64,000 bases of DNA from an uncultured delta proteobacterium (GCA_963828255.1 CAWHDZ010000007.1:192001-256000), one strand, 5' to 3'; counted from the stretch's first letter, positions 39,534 through 52,598 are shown. Notes: generated from the sequence alone by a model not told the origin. Translations and numbers: made by a program.

Positions 39534-42500
39534 TCAGTGACCAGTGCCGTTGCAGCCGCAGTTGTCCTTGACCCAGCCCGTGGTGTTGTTGGCGGGGTAG
39601 GAGACGATGTAGAGCCTGCTGCCCGTGCCGCCCTGCGCGTAGGGTGCGGCGTTGTCCCAGCCGGCGATGGTGCCGCCGACGTTGGCGCTGGCGCCGGCGA
39701 TGGCGACGAGGATGCCTGGGCGGGGTCCGCCGTGGGGGATGGCGGCGTGGCAGTTGAAGCAGGCCAGGCGGTGGTCGCCGCGCGAGACGTGGGTCGCGAA
39801 GCGTGAGCTCCCGAAGTTCTGGTTGTGGCAGTTGATGCAGAAGGTGTTGGCGGGCATGCCGGCGCTGGTTCCGACGAGGGTGTTGTTCCAGGCGGTGTTC
39901 GGTCCCTTGAGGATGAACTTCGCGGCCGAGCCGTGCGGGCCGTTGGGATCGGTGGTCGTGTCGGAGGCGTGGCAGTCGGTGCAGGTCATGAGGCTGGTTC
40001 GCGTCCAGGGGGCCTTGATGTTGCTGGTGGCGCCCAGGTTGCTCCCTGCGCTCGCGAGAACAGGGTGGAAGCTGCCGGCGGTCTCGTTGTTCGCCCACGT
40101 GCCGGCGAAACTCCCCACGTTGGCGGGGTTGAATTCCTTGGCCTGGTCGGTCTCGGCAAAGGCGCCGGAGGGTGACGTCGGAGGAGTTCCGGTGCCCCAG
40201 TAGTACCCGGTGTGGCACTTGAAGCAGAGGGTGGCCTGGAGGTCAGTGCCGGCGGCGATCACCTTCTTGGTGAAGTTGGCCGAGGTCGGGGCGGTGAAGA
40301 AGGCCGGGTTGGAGGTGAGCTGCGCCCCCCAGGCGCCCTGGAGCGCGGGTCCTGAGACGTTGCCGGTGGTCGCGCTGCCGGTGACGCGCAGGCTTCCGGA
40401 CGTGGGCTTGGCCTCGTGGGAGTCGTGGCAGTCCATGCAGCTGGCGTGGCGCTGGCCGGCGCCTGCGGTGACGCCCAGCGCGTTGCCGAAGACGGCGTTG
40501 GTGAACTCGGCGGCCGAGTTGTGCCGGGTGTCGGAGTTGGAGGGGTGGCCCGACTGGTTGGCGGTGGTGGCGTGGAGGACCTGGGTCTGGATGTCCTTGC
40601 CGGAGCGGTTGCCCTGGGCGCCGGCGGCGGGAGTCGCCGTCGAGCCGTGGCAGTTGTAGCAGGCGAAGTTGGCCGCCGTTCCGGCCGGGTTGGTGGTGCC
40701 GGCGAGCAGGTTCACGTCGGTGGTGGAGTAGTGGACGGAGACGGTGGTCGTGCTCGCGGGCGTGTTGCCCTCGACGCGGCTGGCGTGGCACTTGGTGCAA
40801 TTGCGGGCGAAGCTGCTGGCGTCGTGGAGCCCGTAGCTCCAGTTGTAGGTCGTCGCCCCCACGGTGTTGGTGGAGAAGTCGTGGGCCGAGAGGCCGAAGG
40901 TCGCGGCGGAGACGGTGATGCCGTTCGCCAGGATGGGCTTCTGGTGGCAGCTCGCGCACAGGCCCACGTTGAGCGTGGTGTCGAAATCGGTCCGGGCGCG
41001 GTTCTGGGTGCCGGTGCCGCCGGTGCCGATGCGCGTGGTCGCCGTGACGGCGCGGGTCGCCTGCGTTGTGGCGTCGAGGAAGACGTTGTTGGCGTGCCCC
41101 GCTCCGGCCGGGCTGGTGACGGTGTGCGGGTGGTCGCCGTGGCACATGGAGATGCAGGTCCGGTTGGCGATCGCCACCGAGGTGTTGAGATCGGTTCCGG
41201 TCCAGCTGAAGGCGCCGTCCGCCGGGACGTCGCTGCCGAGGGCGTGCCGTGAGACCGGCGCGCCGGTCACCGCCGTCATCCGGTTGAAGTAGTCGGTGTG
41301 GCAGCCGCCGCAGCTCGAGCCGCCGGTGGCGGGCTCGCCGCCGCCGTCGAGCTGGCCGTTGATGTGGAGGCCGCCGGCGACGTTGATGGTGCCGTCGGTG
41401 TTGACCGTGCCGCCGTGGCAGCGGTTGCAGTCGGTGGCGGCCGCGAGGACGCCGGTGTGGCTCACCGTGGGCGGGAAGGCGTGGCAGCTGCCGCAGGTCG
41501 CGGCGGTGCCGGTCCAGGACCAGGTGGCCCCCACCGAGCCGGTGAAGCCCGCCGCCATCGTGGCGCCGTGGCAGTAGGTGGCGCAGGTGGTGGCGGTGGT
41601 GCTGCCGTTGCCCAGCGTGAACGTCGCAGTGAACGCGCCCAGGTTCGCGCCGGTGGCGGTGGCGAAGGTCACGTTCCGCGTGCTGTTCGAGTGGGCGTTG
41701 TTTCCGGCGTTGTTCGGGTGGCACTCGACGCAGGCGACGGGCCGGTACACCGCGCCGGTGGCCACGGGGTTCACGTGGGAGACGTGGACTCCGACCCGGA
41801 CGCCGGTCGTGGCTCCCAGCGAGTCGGCGGGGGGCGCCGACTGCTGGTTCAGGTCCGCGCCGGCCACGCTCACACGGGTCGCCGCGCCGTGGCAGGACGT
41901 GCAGGTGAGCGCGTCGACCTGAACCGACCCGTTCAGGTGGTTGGCCGGGTTGATGCTGCCGATGGTGTAACCGGTGTGGCAGGCCTCGCAGGCTGGGTTG
42001 GCTGGGTGGGTCCCGCCGGGGGGCGTGCCGTGGCAGGTGCCGCAGTTCGCTGCGGCGACGCCGCCGAGCCAGGACGGGGCGAGAGTGGTCGCGCCGTTCG
42101 TGAAGTTGCCGTGGCAGTAGACGTTGGAGCAGGTGCCCGCGCCGTTCGTCCCCGCGCCGGTGGTGCTGCCCGCGTAGGCGGCGGTGGTGATGCCGCCCGT
42201 CCTGGCGAGCGTGCCGAAGGCGATGGTGGCGCGCGCTCCGCCGGTGCCGACGCCCGTCGCGTGGGCGACGTCGCCCGCGCCGGGAACCGTGTGGCACTCG
42301 TTGCAGGCGAGCGCGGTGGCGCGCCAGCGCGTGCCAACGAGGTGCGCCGCGTGTGCGCCGACGCCGGCGGCCGTCGCAGCGGTCGCCCCGGTGGTGTCGG
42401 CGGCGGTGGCGTTGAAGCCGGGGGCCGAGGCGTTCGACGTTGCGGCGACCGCGGTCTGGGCGAGGTCGCCGTGGCAGAGGGTGCAGCCGGAGCGGCTCAG

Positions 42501-45500
42501 GTTGACGGTGCCGTCCACGTGGGTCGCGGCGACGACGGTGGTGGCCGTGTTGCCCGCGCCGTGGCAGGTCGCGCAGGTGGCGTTGGCAGGGTGGTGGCTC
42601 GCGGCGGTGAGCGCAGGCGGCGCGCCGTGGCAGGAGGTGCAGGAGAGCGTCGCGACCGTCTTCCAGGTGGGCGTGGCGATGGCGCCGGCGCCGCCGGCGA
42701 AGTTGCCGTGACAGTAGGTGTTGGAGCAGGTCCCACCCGCGCCGGCGTAGGTCGAGGTGACGCCGCCGGTGTTGGAGAGGTTGGCGAGCGTGACCGTTCC
42801 GGCCGTCGCGACGCCCGTCTTGTGGACCTGGACCGTCGGGACGACGTGGCAGGCGTTGCAGAGGACCGGGCGGGACCGCGTCCCGAGGACGTGCGACGCG
42901 TGCACGCCGACGCCGTTCGCAGTGGCGGGGGCCGTGAGGCCGTAGGTGTCGGGGGAACCAACGCCCCTGGGGGCCGCGCCGACGTTCGGGTCCTGCGTGC
43001 CGGTGGCGACGAGCGTGCCGCCGTGGCAGGTGACGCAGGTGAGGGTGGAGGTGTTGACGACGCCATTCACGTGCAGTCCGCCGGCGACGTTGACGACTCC
43101 GGCCGCGTTGACGGTTCCGCCGTGGCAACTCGCGCAGGTGGTGATCGCGGCGGCGTTGTGGTGGTTCGCAGTCGTGGGAGGCGACTTGTGGCAGCTGCCG
43201 CAATCGGCGGCGGCGCCGTTCCAGGTCCAACTCGTCACGCTGCCCCGCGTCGTCGTCGCGTTGAGCGAGGAGCCGTGGCAGTAAGTCGCGCACGTCGTCT
43301 GCGTCGTCGTCCCGTTCCCCTGGACGAAGGTGGGAGCGAACGCGCCCAGGTTGGCGCCGGTGGCGGTGGCGAATGTCACGTTCACGACGTTGTTGGAGTG
43401 GGCGTTGCTCGTGTTGTTCGGGTGGCACTCGGTACAGGCCACCGGCTTGTAGACCGCGCCCGCCGCTGCCGGGTTCACGTGGCCGAGGTGCGTGCCGACC
43501 GCGACGCCCGTCGCGGCGCCCGCCGTGTCGACCGGAGGTGCCGCCACCTGGTTCACGTCGGCGCCGGCGACGCTGACGCGACCGCTGGTGCCGTGGCACG
43601 AGGTGCAGGACATGTTGGAGAGGTCGACAGCGCCATCGACGTGACCCGCCGCGCTGATGATGGACTGGGTGGCATTGCTGTAGTTGCCGTGGCAGTTGCC
43701 GCAGGTGGCGAGCGTGGAGCCGGCCGGGTGGGTGCCGCCCGGAGGCGTGCCGTGGCAGGAGGTGCAGGTCGTCGCCGCGGCGGTCCAGGTGATGGCGCCG
43801 GCGCCGACACCGTTCGTGAAGTTGCCGTGGCAGTAAGTGTTGGAGCAGGTGCTGCCGGCGTAGGAGGGGGCCGGGAAGGTGGTCCCGGTGCCGGTCCGCG
43901 CCAGCGTCCCGAAGACGACGTTGGGCGCGCCGTTGGCGTGGAGCGGGGTGGCCGGGATGGCGGCGTTGTGGCACTCGCTGCAGGCGACCTGCTTGGAGAA
44001 GCTTGGGCCGCCGGCGGCGCCGGTGAAGAGGTGCTTCGCGTGGGCGCCGACCTTGGCGCCCGTCGAGAGGTTGGTCGCATCGACCGGAGGAGAGGACGAG
44101 AAGGCGACGGCATTGGCGTCGGCGCCGGTGCGGGCCGGATCGCCGTGGCAGGTGGTGCAGGTCTGGGTGGTGTATTCGATGACGCCGTTCACGTGAGTCG
44201 CCACGTTGACGGCGACACCGGTGTAGCCCGTGTGGCAGGAGCCGCAATCGGTGCGGTTCGGGTGGAAGCGCCCGGTCGACGTCGTCGACGGCGGCATCCC
44301 GTGGCAGGAGGCGCAGACGAGCGTGGCGGCCGCGGTCCAGGCCGGGGTCACGTTGGTCGCGCCTACGCCGCCGCCGAGGTTGCCGTGGCAGTAGGTGTTG
44401 GAGCAGGTGAGGGTGGTGGTGGAGTAGCTGGCCGTGGTGATGCCACCGGTCGTCGACAGGTTGGCGAGCCCAACCGTGCCGGTCGTCGCGACGCCGGTCT
44501 TGTGGACCTGGGCGGTGGGAACGACGTGGCAGGCGTTGCAGAGCACCGGACGGGAGCGGGTGCCGAGGACGTGCGAGGCGTGCACGCCGACGCCGCGGGC
44601 GGTGGTGATGACGGTGCCATAGGTGTCGGGGGAGCCTGCGCCCCTGGGTGCGGCGCCGACGTTCGGGTCCTGCGTGCCGGTGGCGACGAGCGTGCCGCCG
44701 TGGCAGGTGGTGCAGGTGAGCGTCGAGGTATTGACGGCGCCGTTCACGTGCAGGCCTCCGGCGACGTTGACGACTCCGGCCGCGTTGACGGTTCCGCCGT
44801 GGCAGCTCGCGCAGGTGGTGAGCGCCGCGGCGTTGTGGTGGTTGGCGGTGGTCGGAGGCGACTTGTGGCAGCTGCCGCAGTCGGCAGCCGCGCCGTTCCA
44901 GGTCCAGGAGGTCACGCTACCCCGCGTCGTCGTCGCGTTCAGCGAGGAGCCGTGGCAGTAGGTGGCGCAGGTGGTCTGGGTGGTGGTGCCGTTGCCCTGG
45001 ACGAGGGTGGGAGCGAACGCGCCCAGGTTCGCGCCGGTGGCGGTGGCGAACGTCACGTTGACGACGCTGTTCGAGTGGGCGCTGCTCGTGTTGTTCGGAT
45101 GGCACTCGGTACAGGTCACCGGCTTGTAGACCGCGCCCGCCGCTGCCGGGTTCACGTGGCCGAGGTGGGTTCCGACCGCGACGCCTGTCGATGCGCCCGC
45201 CGTGTCGATCGGGGGAGCGGCGGCCTGGTTCAGGTCCGCGCCGGCCACGCTCGCGCGAGCGGCGGTGCCGTGGCAGGAGGTGCAGGTGAGGTTGTCGACG
45301 TCGATGACGCCGTTCAGGTGGTTGGCGCCGACGGTCGTCGCCGTGTAGCCGGTGTGGCAGTTCGCGCAGGTAGCGCCGGCCGGGTGGGTCCCGCCGGGGG
45401 GCGTGCCGTGGCAGGTGCCGCAGTTCGCCGCGGCGACGCCGCCGAGCCAGGACGGGGCGAGAGTGGTCGCGCCGTTCGTGAAGTTGCCGTGGCAGTAGAC

Positions 45501-48500
45501 GTTGGAGCAGGTGCCCGCGCCGTTCGTCCCCGCGCCGGTGGTGCTGCCCGCGTAGGCGGCGGTGGTGATGCCGCCCGTCCTGGCGAGCGTTCCGAAGGCC
45601 ACGACGGCGCGAGCACCGCCGGTGCCGACGCCCGTCGCGTGGGCGACGTCGCCCGCGCCGGGAACCGTATGGCACTCGTTGCAGGCGAGCGGCGTGGAGC
45701 GCCAGCGCGTGCCGTTCAGGTGGGCCGCGTGTGCGCCGACCGCGGCGGCCGTCGCAGCGGTTGCGCCGGTGGTGTCGGCGGCGGTGGCGTTGAAGCCGGG
45801 CGCCGAGGCGCTCGACGTCGCGGCGACCGCGGTCTGGGCGAGATCGCCGTGGCAGAGGGTGCAGCCGGTCCGGCTCAGGTTGACGGTGCCGTCCACATGG
45901 GTGGCAGCGACCACGGTCGTCGCCGTGTTGCCCGCGCCGTGGCAGGTCGCGCAGGTGGCGTTGGCAGGGTGGTGGCTTGCGGCGGTGAGCGCAGGGGGCG
46001 CGCCGTGGCAAGAGGTGCAGGAGAGCGTGGCGGCCGCGGTCCAGGCCGGGGTCACGTTGGTCGCGCCTACGCCGCCGCCGAGGTTGCCGTGGCAGTAGGT
46101 GTTGGAGCAGGTGAGGGTGGTGGTGGAGTAGCTGGCCGTGGTGATGCCACCGGTCGTCGACAGGTTGGCGAGCCCAACCGTGCCGGTCGTCGCGACGCCG
46201 GTCTTGTGGACCTGGGCGGTGGGAACGACGTGGCAGGCGTTGCAGAGCACCGGACGGGAGCGGGTGCCGAGGACGTGCGAGGCGTGCACGCCGACGCCGC
46301 GGGCGGTGGTGAGGACGGTGCCATAGGTGTCGGGGGAGCCTGCGCCCCTGGGTGCGGCGCCGACGTTCGGGTCCTGCGTGCCGGTGGCGACGAGCGTGCC
46401 GCCGTGGCAGGTGGTGCAGGTGAGCGTCGAGGTATTGACGGCGCCGTTCACGTGCAGGCCTCCGGCGACGTTGACGACTCCGGCCGCGGTGACCGTGCCA
46501 CCGTGGCAGCTCGCGCAGGTGGTGAGCGCGGCGGCGTTGTGGTGGTTCGCCGTCGTCGGGAGGCGACTTGTGGCAGCTGCCGCAGTCGGCGGCGACCGCG
46601 CTGTTCCAGGACCAGGAGGCGACGCTGCCGCGGGTGGTCGTCGCGTTGAGCGAGGAGCCGTGGCAGTAGGTGGCGCAGGTGGTCTGGGTGGTGGTGCCGT
46701 TGCCCTGGACGAGGGTGGCCGTGAAGGCCCCCAGGTTCGCGCCGGTGGCGGTGGCGAACGTCACGTTGACGACGCTGTTCGAGTGGGCGCTGCTCGTGTT
46801 GTTCGGATGGCACTCGGAGCAGGCGACCGGCTTGTAGACGGCGCCGGCGGCGGCAGGGTTCACGTGGCCGAGGTGGGTTCCGACGGCGACGCCTGTCGAT
46901 GCGCCCGCCGTGTCGATCGGGGGAGCGGCGGCCTGGTTCAGGTCCGCGCCGGCCACGCTCGCGCGAGCGGCGGTGCCGTGGCAGGAGGTGCAGGTCAGGT
47001 TGTCGACGTCGATGACGCCGTTCAGGTGGGCCGCGGTGTTGACGGTCGTCGCCGTGTAGCCGGTGTGGCAGTTCGCGCAGGTAGCGCCGGCCGGGTGGGT
47101 GCCGCCGGGGGGCGTGCCGTGGCAGGTGCCGCAGTTCGCGGCGGCGACGCCGCCGAGCCAGGACGGGGCGAGCGTGGTCGCGCCGTTCCGGAAGTTGCCG
47201 TGGCAGTAGACGTTGGAGCAGGTGCCCGCGCCGTTCGTCCCGGCGCCGGTGGTGCTGCCCGCGTAGGCGGCGGTGGTGATGCCGCCGGTCCTGGCGAGCG
47301 TTCCGAAGGCCACGACGGATGCGAGCACCGCCGGTGCCGACGCCCGTCGCGTGGGCGACGTCGCCCGCGCCGGGAACCGTGTGGCACTCGTTGCAGGCGA
47401 GCGGCGTGGAGCGCCAGCGCGTGCCGACGAGGTGGGCCGCGTGAGCGCCGACCGCGGCGGCCGTCGCAGCGGTCGCGCCGGTGGTGTCGGCGGCGGTGGC
47501 GTTGAACCCAGGAGCCGAGGCGTTCGAGGTCGCGGCGACGGCGGTCTGGGCGAGGTCGCCGTGGCAGAGCGTGCAGCCGGAGCGGCTCAGGTTCACCGTG
47601 CCGTCCACGTGGGTCGCAGCGACCACGGTGGTGGCGGTGTTGCCGGCGCCGTGGCAGGTGGCGCAGGTGGCGTTGGCAGGGTGGTGGCTTGCGGCGGTGA
47701 GCGCGGGAGGCGCCCCGTGGCAGGCGGTGCAGGAGAGCGTGGCGACCGTCTTCCAGGTGGGCGTGGCGATGGCGCCGGCGCCGCCGGCGAAGTTGCCATG
47801 GCAATAGGTGTTCGAGCAGGTCCCGCCCGCACCCGCGTAGGTCGAGGTGACGCCGCCGGTGTTGGAGAGGTTGGCGAGCGCGACCGCTCCGGCCGTCGCG
47901 ACGCCCGTCTTGTGGACCTGGACCGTGGGAACGACGTGGCAGGCGTTGCAGAGCACCGGACGGGAGCGGGTGCCGAGGACGTGCGCCGCGTGGACGCCGA
48001 CGCCGTTCGCAGTGGCCGGCGCGGTGAGGCCGTAGGTGTCGGGGGAGCCAACGCCCCTGGGGGCGGCGCCGACGTTCGGGTCCTGGGCTCCGGTGGCGAC
48101 GAGCGCGCCTCCGTGGCAGGTGGTGCAGGTGAGGGTCGAGGTATTGACGGCGCCGTTCACGTGCAGGCCGCCGGCGACGTTGACGACTCCGGCCGCGTTG
48201 ACGGTTCCGCCGTGGCAGCTCGCGCAGGTGGTGATCGCGGCGGCGTTGTGGTGGTTCGCCGTCGTCGGAGGCGACTTGTGGCAGCTGCCGCAGTCGGCGG
48301 CGACCGCGCTGTTCCAGGACCAGGAGGCGACGCTGCCGCGGGTGGTCGTCGCGTTCAGCGAGGAGCCGTGGCAGTAGGTGGCGCAGGTGGTCTGGGTGGT
48401 GGTGCCGTTGCCCTGGACGAGGGTGGCCGTGAAGGCCCCCAGGTTCGCGCCGGTGGCGGTGGCGAACGTCACGTTGACGACGTTGTTCGAGTGGGCGTTG

Positions 48501-51500
48501 CTCGTGTTGTTCGGATGGCACTCGGAGCAGGCGACCGGCTTGTAGACGGCGCCGGCGGCGGCCGGGTTCACGTGGCCGAGGTGGGTTCCGACGGCGACGC
48601 CTGTCGATGCGCCAGCGGTGTCGATCGGGGGAGCGGCGGCCTGGTTCAGGTCGGCACCGGCCACGCTCGCGCGAGCGGCGGTGCCGTGGCAGGAGGTGCA
48701 GGTGAGGTTGTCGACGTCGATGACGCCGTTCAGGTGGGCCGCGGTGTTGACCGTCGTCGCCGTGTAGCCGGTGTGGCAGTTCGCGCAGGTAGCGCCGGCC
48801 GGGTGGGTGCCGCCGGGGGGCGTGCCGTGGCAGGTGCCGCAGTTCGCGGCGGCGACGCCGCCGAGCCAGGACGGGGCGAGCGTGGTCGCGCCGTTCCGGA
48901 AGTTGCCGTGGCAGTAGACGTTGGAGCAGGTGCCGGCGCCGTTGTCCCGGCGCCGGTGGTGCTGCCCGCGTAGGCGGCGGTGGTGATGCCGCCGGTCCGG
49001 GCGAGCGTGCCGAAGGCGATGATGGCGCGCGCACCGCCGGTGCCGACGCCCGTCGCGTGGGCGACGTCGCCCGCGCCGGGAACCGTGTGGCACTCGTTGC
49101 AGGCGAGCGGCGTGGAGCGCCAGCGCGTGCCGTCAGGTGGGCCGCGTGTGCGCCGACCGCGGCGGCCGTCGCAGCGGTTGCGCCGGTGGTGTCGGCGGCG
49201 GTGGCGTTGAAGCCGGGCGCCGAGGCGTTCGACGTCGCGGCGACGGCGGTCTGGGCGAGATCGCCGTGGCAGAGGGTGCAGCCGGAGCGGCTCAGGTTGA
49301 CGGTGCCGTCCACATGGGTCGCGGCGACCACGGTCGTCGCCGTGTTGCCCGCGCCGTGGCAGGTCGCGCAGGTGGCGTTGGCTGGGTGGTGCGACGCCGC
49401 GTTCAGGGCAGGGGGCGCGCCGTGGCAAGAGGTGCAGGAGAGCGTGGCGGCCGCGGTCCAGGCCGGGGTCACGTTGGTCGCGCCTACGCCGCCGCCGAGG
49501 TTGCCGTGGCAGTAGGTGTTGGAGCAGGTGAGGGTGGTGGTGGAGTAGCTGGCCGTGGTGATGCCACCGGTCGTCGACAGGTTGGCGAGCCCAACCGTGC
49601 CGGTCGTCGCGACGCCGGTCTTGTGGACCTGGGCGGTGGGAACGACGTGGCAGGCGTTGCAGAGCACCGGACGGGAGCGGGTGCCGAGGACGTGAGCCGC
49701 GTGGACGCCGACGCCGCGGGCGGTGGTGAGGACGGTGCCGTAGGTGTCGGGGGAGCCTGCGCCCCTGGGCGCGGCGCCGACGTTCGGGTCCTGCGTGCCG
49801 GTGGCGACGAGCGTGCCGCCGTGGCAGGTGACGCAGGTGAGCGTCGAGGTATCGACGGCGCCGTTCACGTGCAGGCCGCCGGCGACGTTGACCACTCCGG
49901 CCGCGTTGACGGTTCCGCCGTGGCAGCTCGCGCAGGTGGTGAGCGCGGCGGCGTTGTGGTGGTTGGCGGTGGTCGGAGGCGACTTGTGGCAACTGCCGCA
50001 GTCGGCGGCGACCAGGCTGTTCCAGGACCAGGAGGCGACGCTGCCGCGGGTGGTCGTCGCGTTCAGCGAGGAGCCGTGGCAGTAGGTGGCGCAGGTGGTC
50101 TGGGTGGTGGTGCCGTTGCCCTGGACGAGGGTGGCCGTGAAGGCCCCCAGGTTCGCGCCGGTGGCCGTGGCGAAGGTGACGTTCACCGTGCTGTTCGAGT
50201 GGCTGATGTTGCCGGCGTTGTTGGTGTGGCACTCGGTGCAGGCGACCGGCTTGTAGACGGCGCCGGCGGCAGCAGGGTTCACGTGGCCGAGGTGGGTTCC
50301 GACGGCGACGCCCGTCGAGGCGCCCGCCGTGTCGATCGGGGGGGCGGCGGCCTGGTTCAGGTCTGCGCCGGCCACGCTCACGCGGCCGGTGGCGCCGTGG
50401 CACGACGTGCAGGTCATGTTGGCGACGTCGATAACCCCATTGATGTGGGTGGTCAGGTTGACCGTCGTCGCGGTGTAACCCGTGTGGCAACTCGCGCAGG
50501 CGGCGTTGGCCGGGTGCGTCCCGCCGGGGGGCGTGCCGTGGCAGGTGCCGCAGGCGTTCGCGGCCGGCGCCGTCCAGCTCGGGACGTAGGTGGTCGCGCC
50601 GTTCCGGAAGTTGCCGTGGCAGTAGCTCGAGGCGCAGCCCGAGCCGTTCCAGGCTGGGCTCACGTTGCCCGTCTTCGCGAGCGCGCCGAACACCACCTCG
50701 GCCACCCCGTTCGAGTGGGCGTTGCTCAGGACGACGGAATGGCACTCGCCGCAGGCCGTGCCGGAGGAGGTCGCGCTGGCCTGGAGGTGGCGCAGGTGAG
50801 CGCCGACTCCGCGGGCGGTGGTGGCCGTGTTGCCCTTGGCGTCCACCGGGGGCGCGGCGGCCAGCTGGGGGTTCAGCGTGCTGCCGGCGCGGGCCGCGTC
50901 GCCGTGGCAGGAGGTGCAGGAGAGGTTGACCTCGACCAGGCCGTTCACGTGGGTGGCCGGATCGACCGCCGTGCGCGTGGAGCCAGGGTGGCAGCTGCCG
51001 CAGCTGGCCGTGGCGGCGACGAACGGGTGGGGCGCCGGAGGCGGGCTGCCGTGGCAGCTTCCGCAGGTCACTTCCACGCTCCCGCCGGTCCAGAGCGGGC
51101 GGTTGTGGGTGGCTCCACCGAGGGTGGCGCCATGGCAATAGTTGGTGCAGGTGAGGCCGGTCGGGTCGAAGGCGGGGGCGGCGCCGCCGGTCGAGGCGAG
51201 AGGGCCCCAGGCGAGGTCGAGGGCGCCGCTGGGGTGCGTGCCCTGGCCAGGAGTGGCGTGGCATTCGGTGCAGGCCATGGCGATGCGCAGCGAGCCCGCG
51301 TTCAGGTGGGCCTGGTGGGCGCCGACGCCGGCGGAGGTGGTGGCGCTGCTGCCCGTGGTGTCCTTGGGCGGCGCGGCGGCGAGATCGGGATTGAGCGCGG
51401 TGGCGACCCGGGTCGCGTCGCCGTGGCAGGAGGAGCAGGAAATCGCGGCGACGTCCACGCTGCCGTTCACGTGGGTCGACGCGTTGACGGAGGTCGAGGT

Positions 51501-52598
51501 GTAGCCGGTGTGGCACGAGGCGCAGTCGGAGCTCTGGGTGTGGGGCGCGGAGGGCGGGACGCCGTGGCAGGTGCCGCAGCTCGAGGCGGCCGGGTTGGTC
51601 CAGGTCGGCGTGTAGCCGGCGTTGCCGCCGGGGAAGGCGCCGTGGCAGTAGACGTTGGAGCAGGTCGCGCCGCTCCAGGACGGCGTGGCTCCGCCGGTCC
51701 CGGCGACGGTCCCGAACGCGATCTCGACCGACCCGTTCGAGTGGGTGTTGCTGGTGGGGACGGCGTGGCACTCGGTGCAGGCGGTGGCGTTGCCGTCCTT
51801 GAGGTGGAGGGCGTGCGCGCCCACCGCGCGGGTGGTCGTGGCGGACTCGCCCTTCGAGCCCGTGGGCGGCGCGGCGGAGTTGCGGGGGTTGAGCGTCGTG
51901 TCGGCGCGGGCCGGATCGCCGTGGCAGGAGGTGCAGGTCATGTTCGCGACGTCCACCTTGCCGTCCACGTGGGTGGCGAGGTTCACCGTGGTCGCGGTGT
52001 AGCCGGTGTGGCAGGTTCCGCAGTTGGAGGCCACGCCCACGTCCGGGTGGGGAGCGGCGGGAGGCAGGCCATGGCAGGTGCCGCAGGAGGTTGCGCGGGC
52101 CTGGGTCCAGACGGGCGCATTGGTCGAGGAGCCCCCGGCGAAGCCGCCGTGGCAGTAGGACGCCGAGCAGGAGGAGCCGTTCCAGGCGGGGACCGCTCCG
52201 CCGGTGGTTGCGAGCGTTCCGAAAGCGAGGTCCACCATTCCGTTGGCGTGGGCAGCGGTCGTGGGGACGGTGTGGCACTCGGCGCAAGCGACCGCCGGGC
52301 CGATCGTTCCGCCCTGGAGGTGGAGCTGGTGGGCCCCCACGGCGCGGGCAGTCACGTCACTTTCGCCTCTGGTTCCTTTGGGGGGAGCCGACGGGAGCAT
52401 CGGGTTCGTGGAGGTCGCCACGCGGGTCGCGTCACCGTGGCAAAGGGTGCAAGCTTTGCTTCCGCCGCCGGCCCCTCCGTCCGTCCCCTTCGAGGCCATT
52501 GGGCGTGGGTCGGAGCAACCTGAAACGAAGGCTACGCAAACCCCTAGAATCAGGGCGCTAACGAAGCCATGGGTGCCACTTGACCGCAATCCCGACAT
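39534..52598 (-). CDS. Giant multiheme cytochrome lipoprotein, about 4354 aa and 110 heme motifs, interrupted by four single-base indels (about 49133, 48944, 47320, 46560) with net shift zero
   Basis: ATG after GGAGG; lipobox VSGC. Each indel is visible against intact copies of the same repeat (e.g. gccgt[t]cagg, gtt[c]gtccc). First and last segments are in the same frame; 20 modules plus a 10-motif C-terminal domain. Confidence 0.82.

Noticed and set aside
31802..41938. Duplicated cytochrome 3' ends as a DGR template/variable repeat pair
   Set aside because: No reverse transcriptase; both copies are coding, kilobases long, and differ only at a few silent sites.
15129..52523. Very long plus-strand and alternative-frame ORFs (e.g. 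15129..20024, 33609..38165, 41298..46649, 31123..39138)
   Set aside because: Shadow ORFs of high-GC genes: Arg/Gly/Pro-rich, no motifs, fully overlapping the cytochrome genes.
16485..52598. Recurrent CCGTGGCAG / GTGGCAGTAG repeats resembling a CRISPR or REP array
   Set aside because: They are the reverse complement of Cys-His-Gly codons in heme motifs; spacing is irregular and there are no cas genes.
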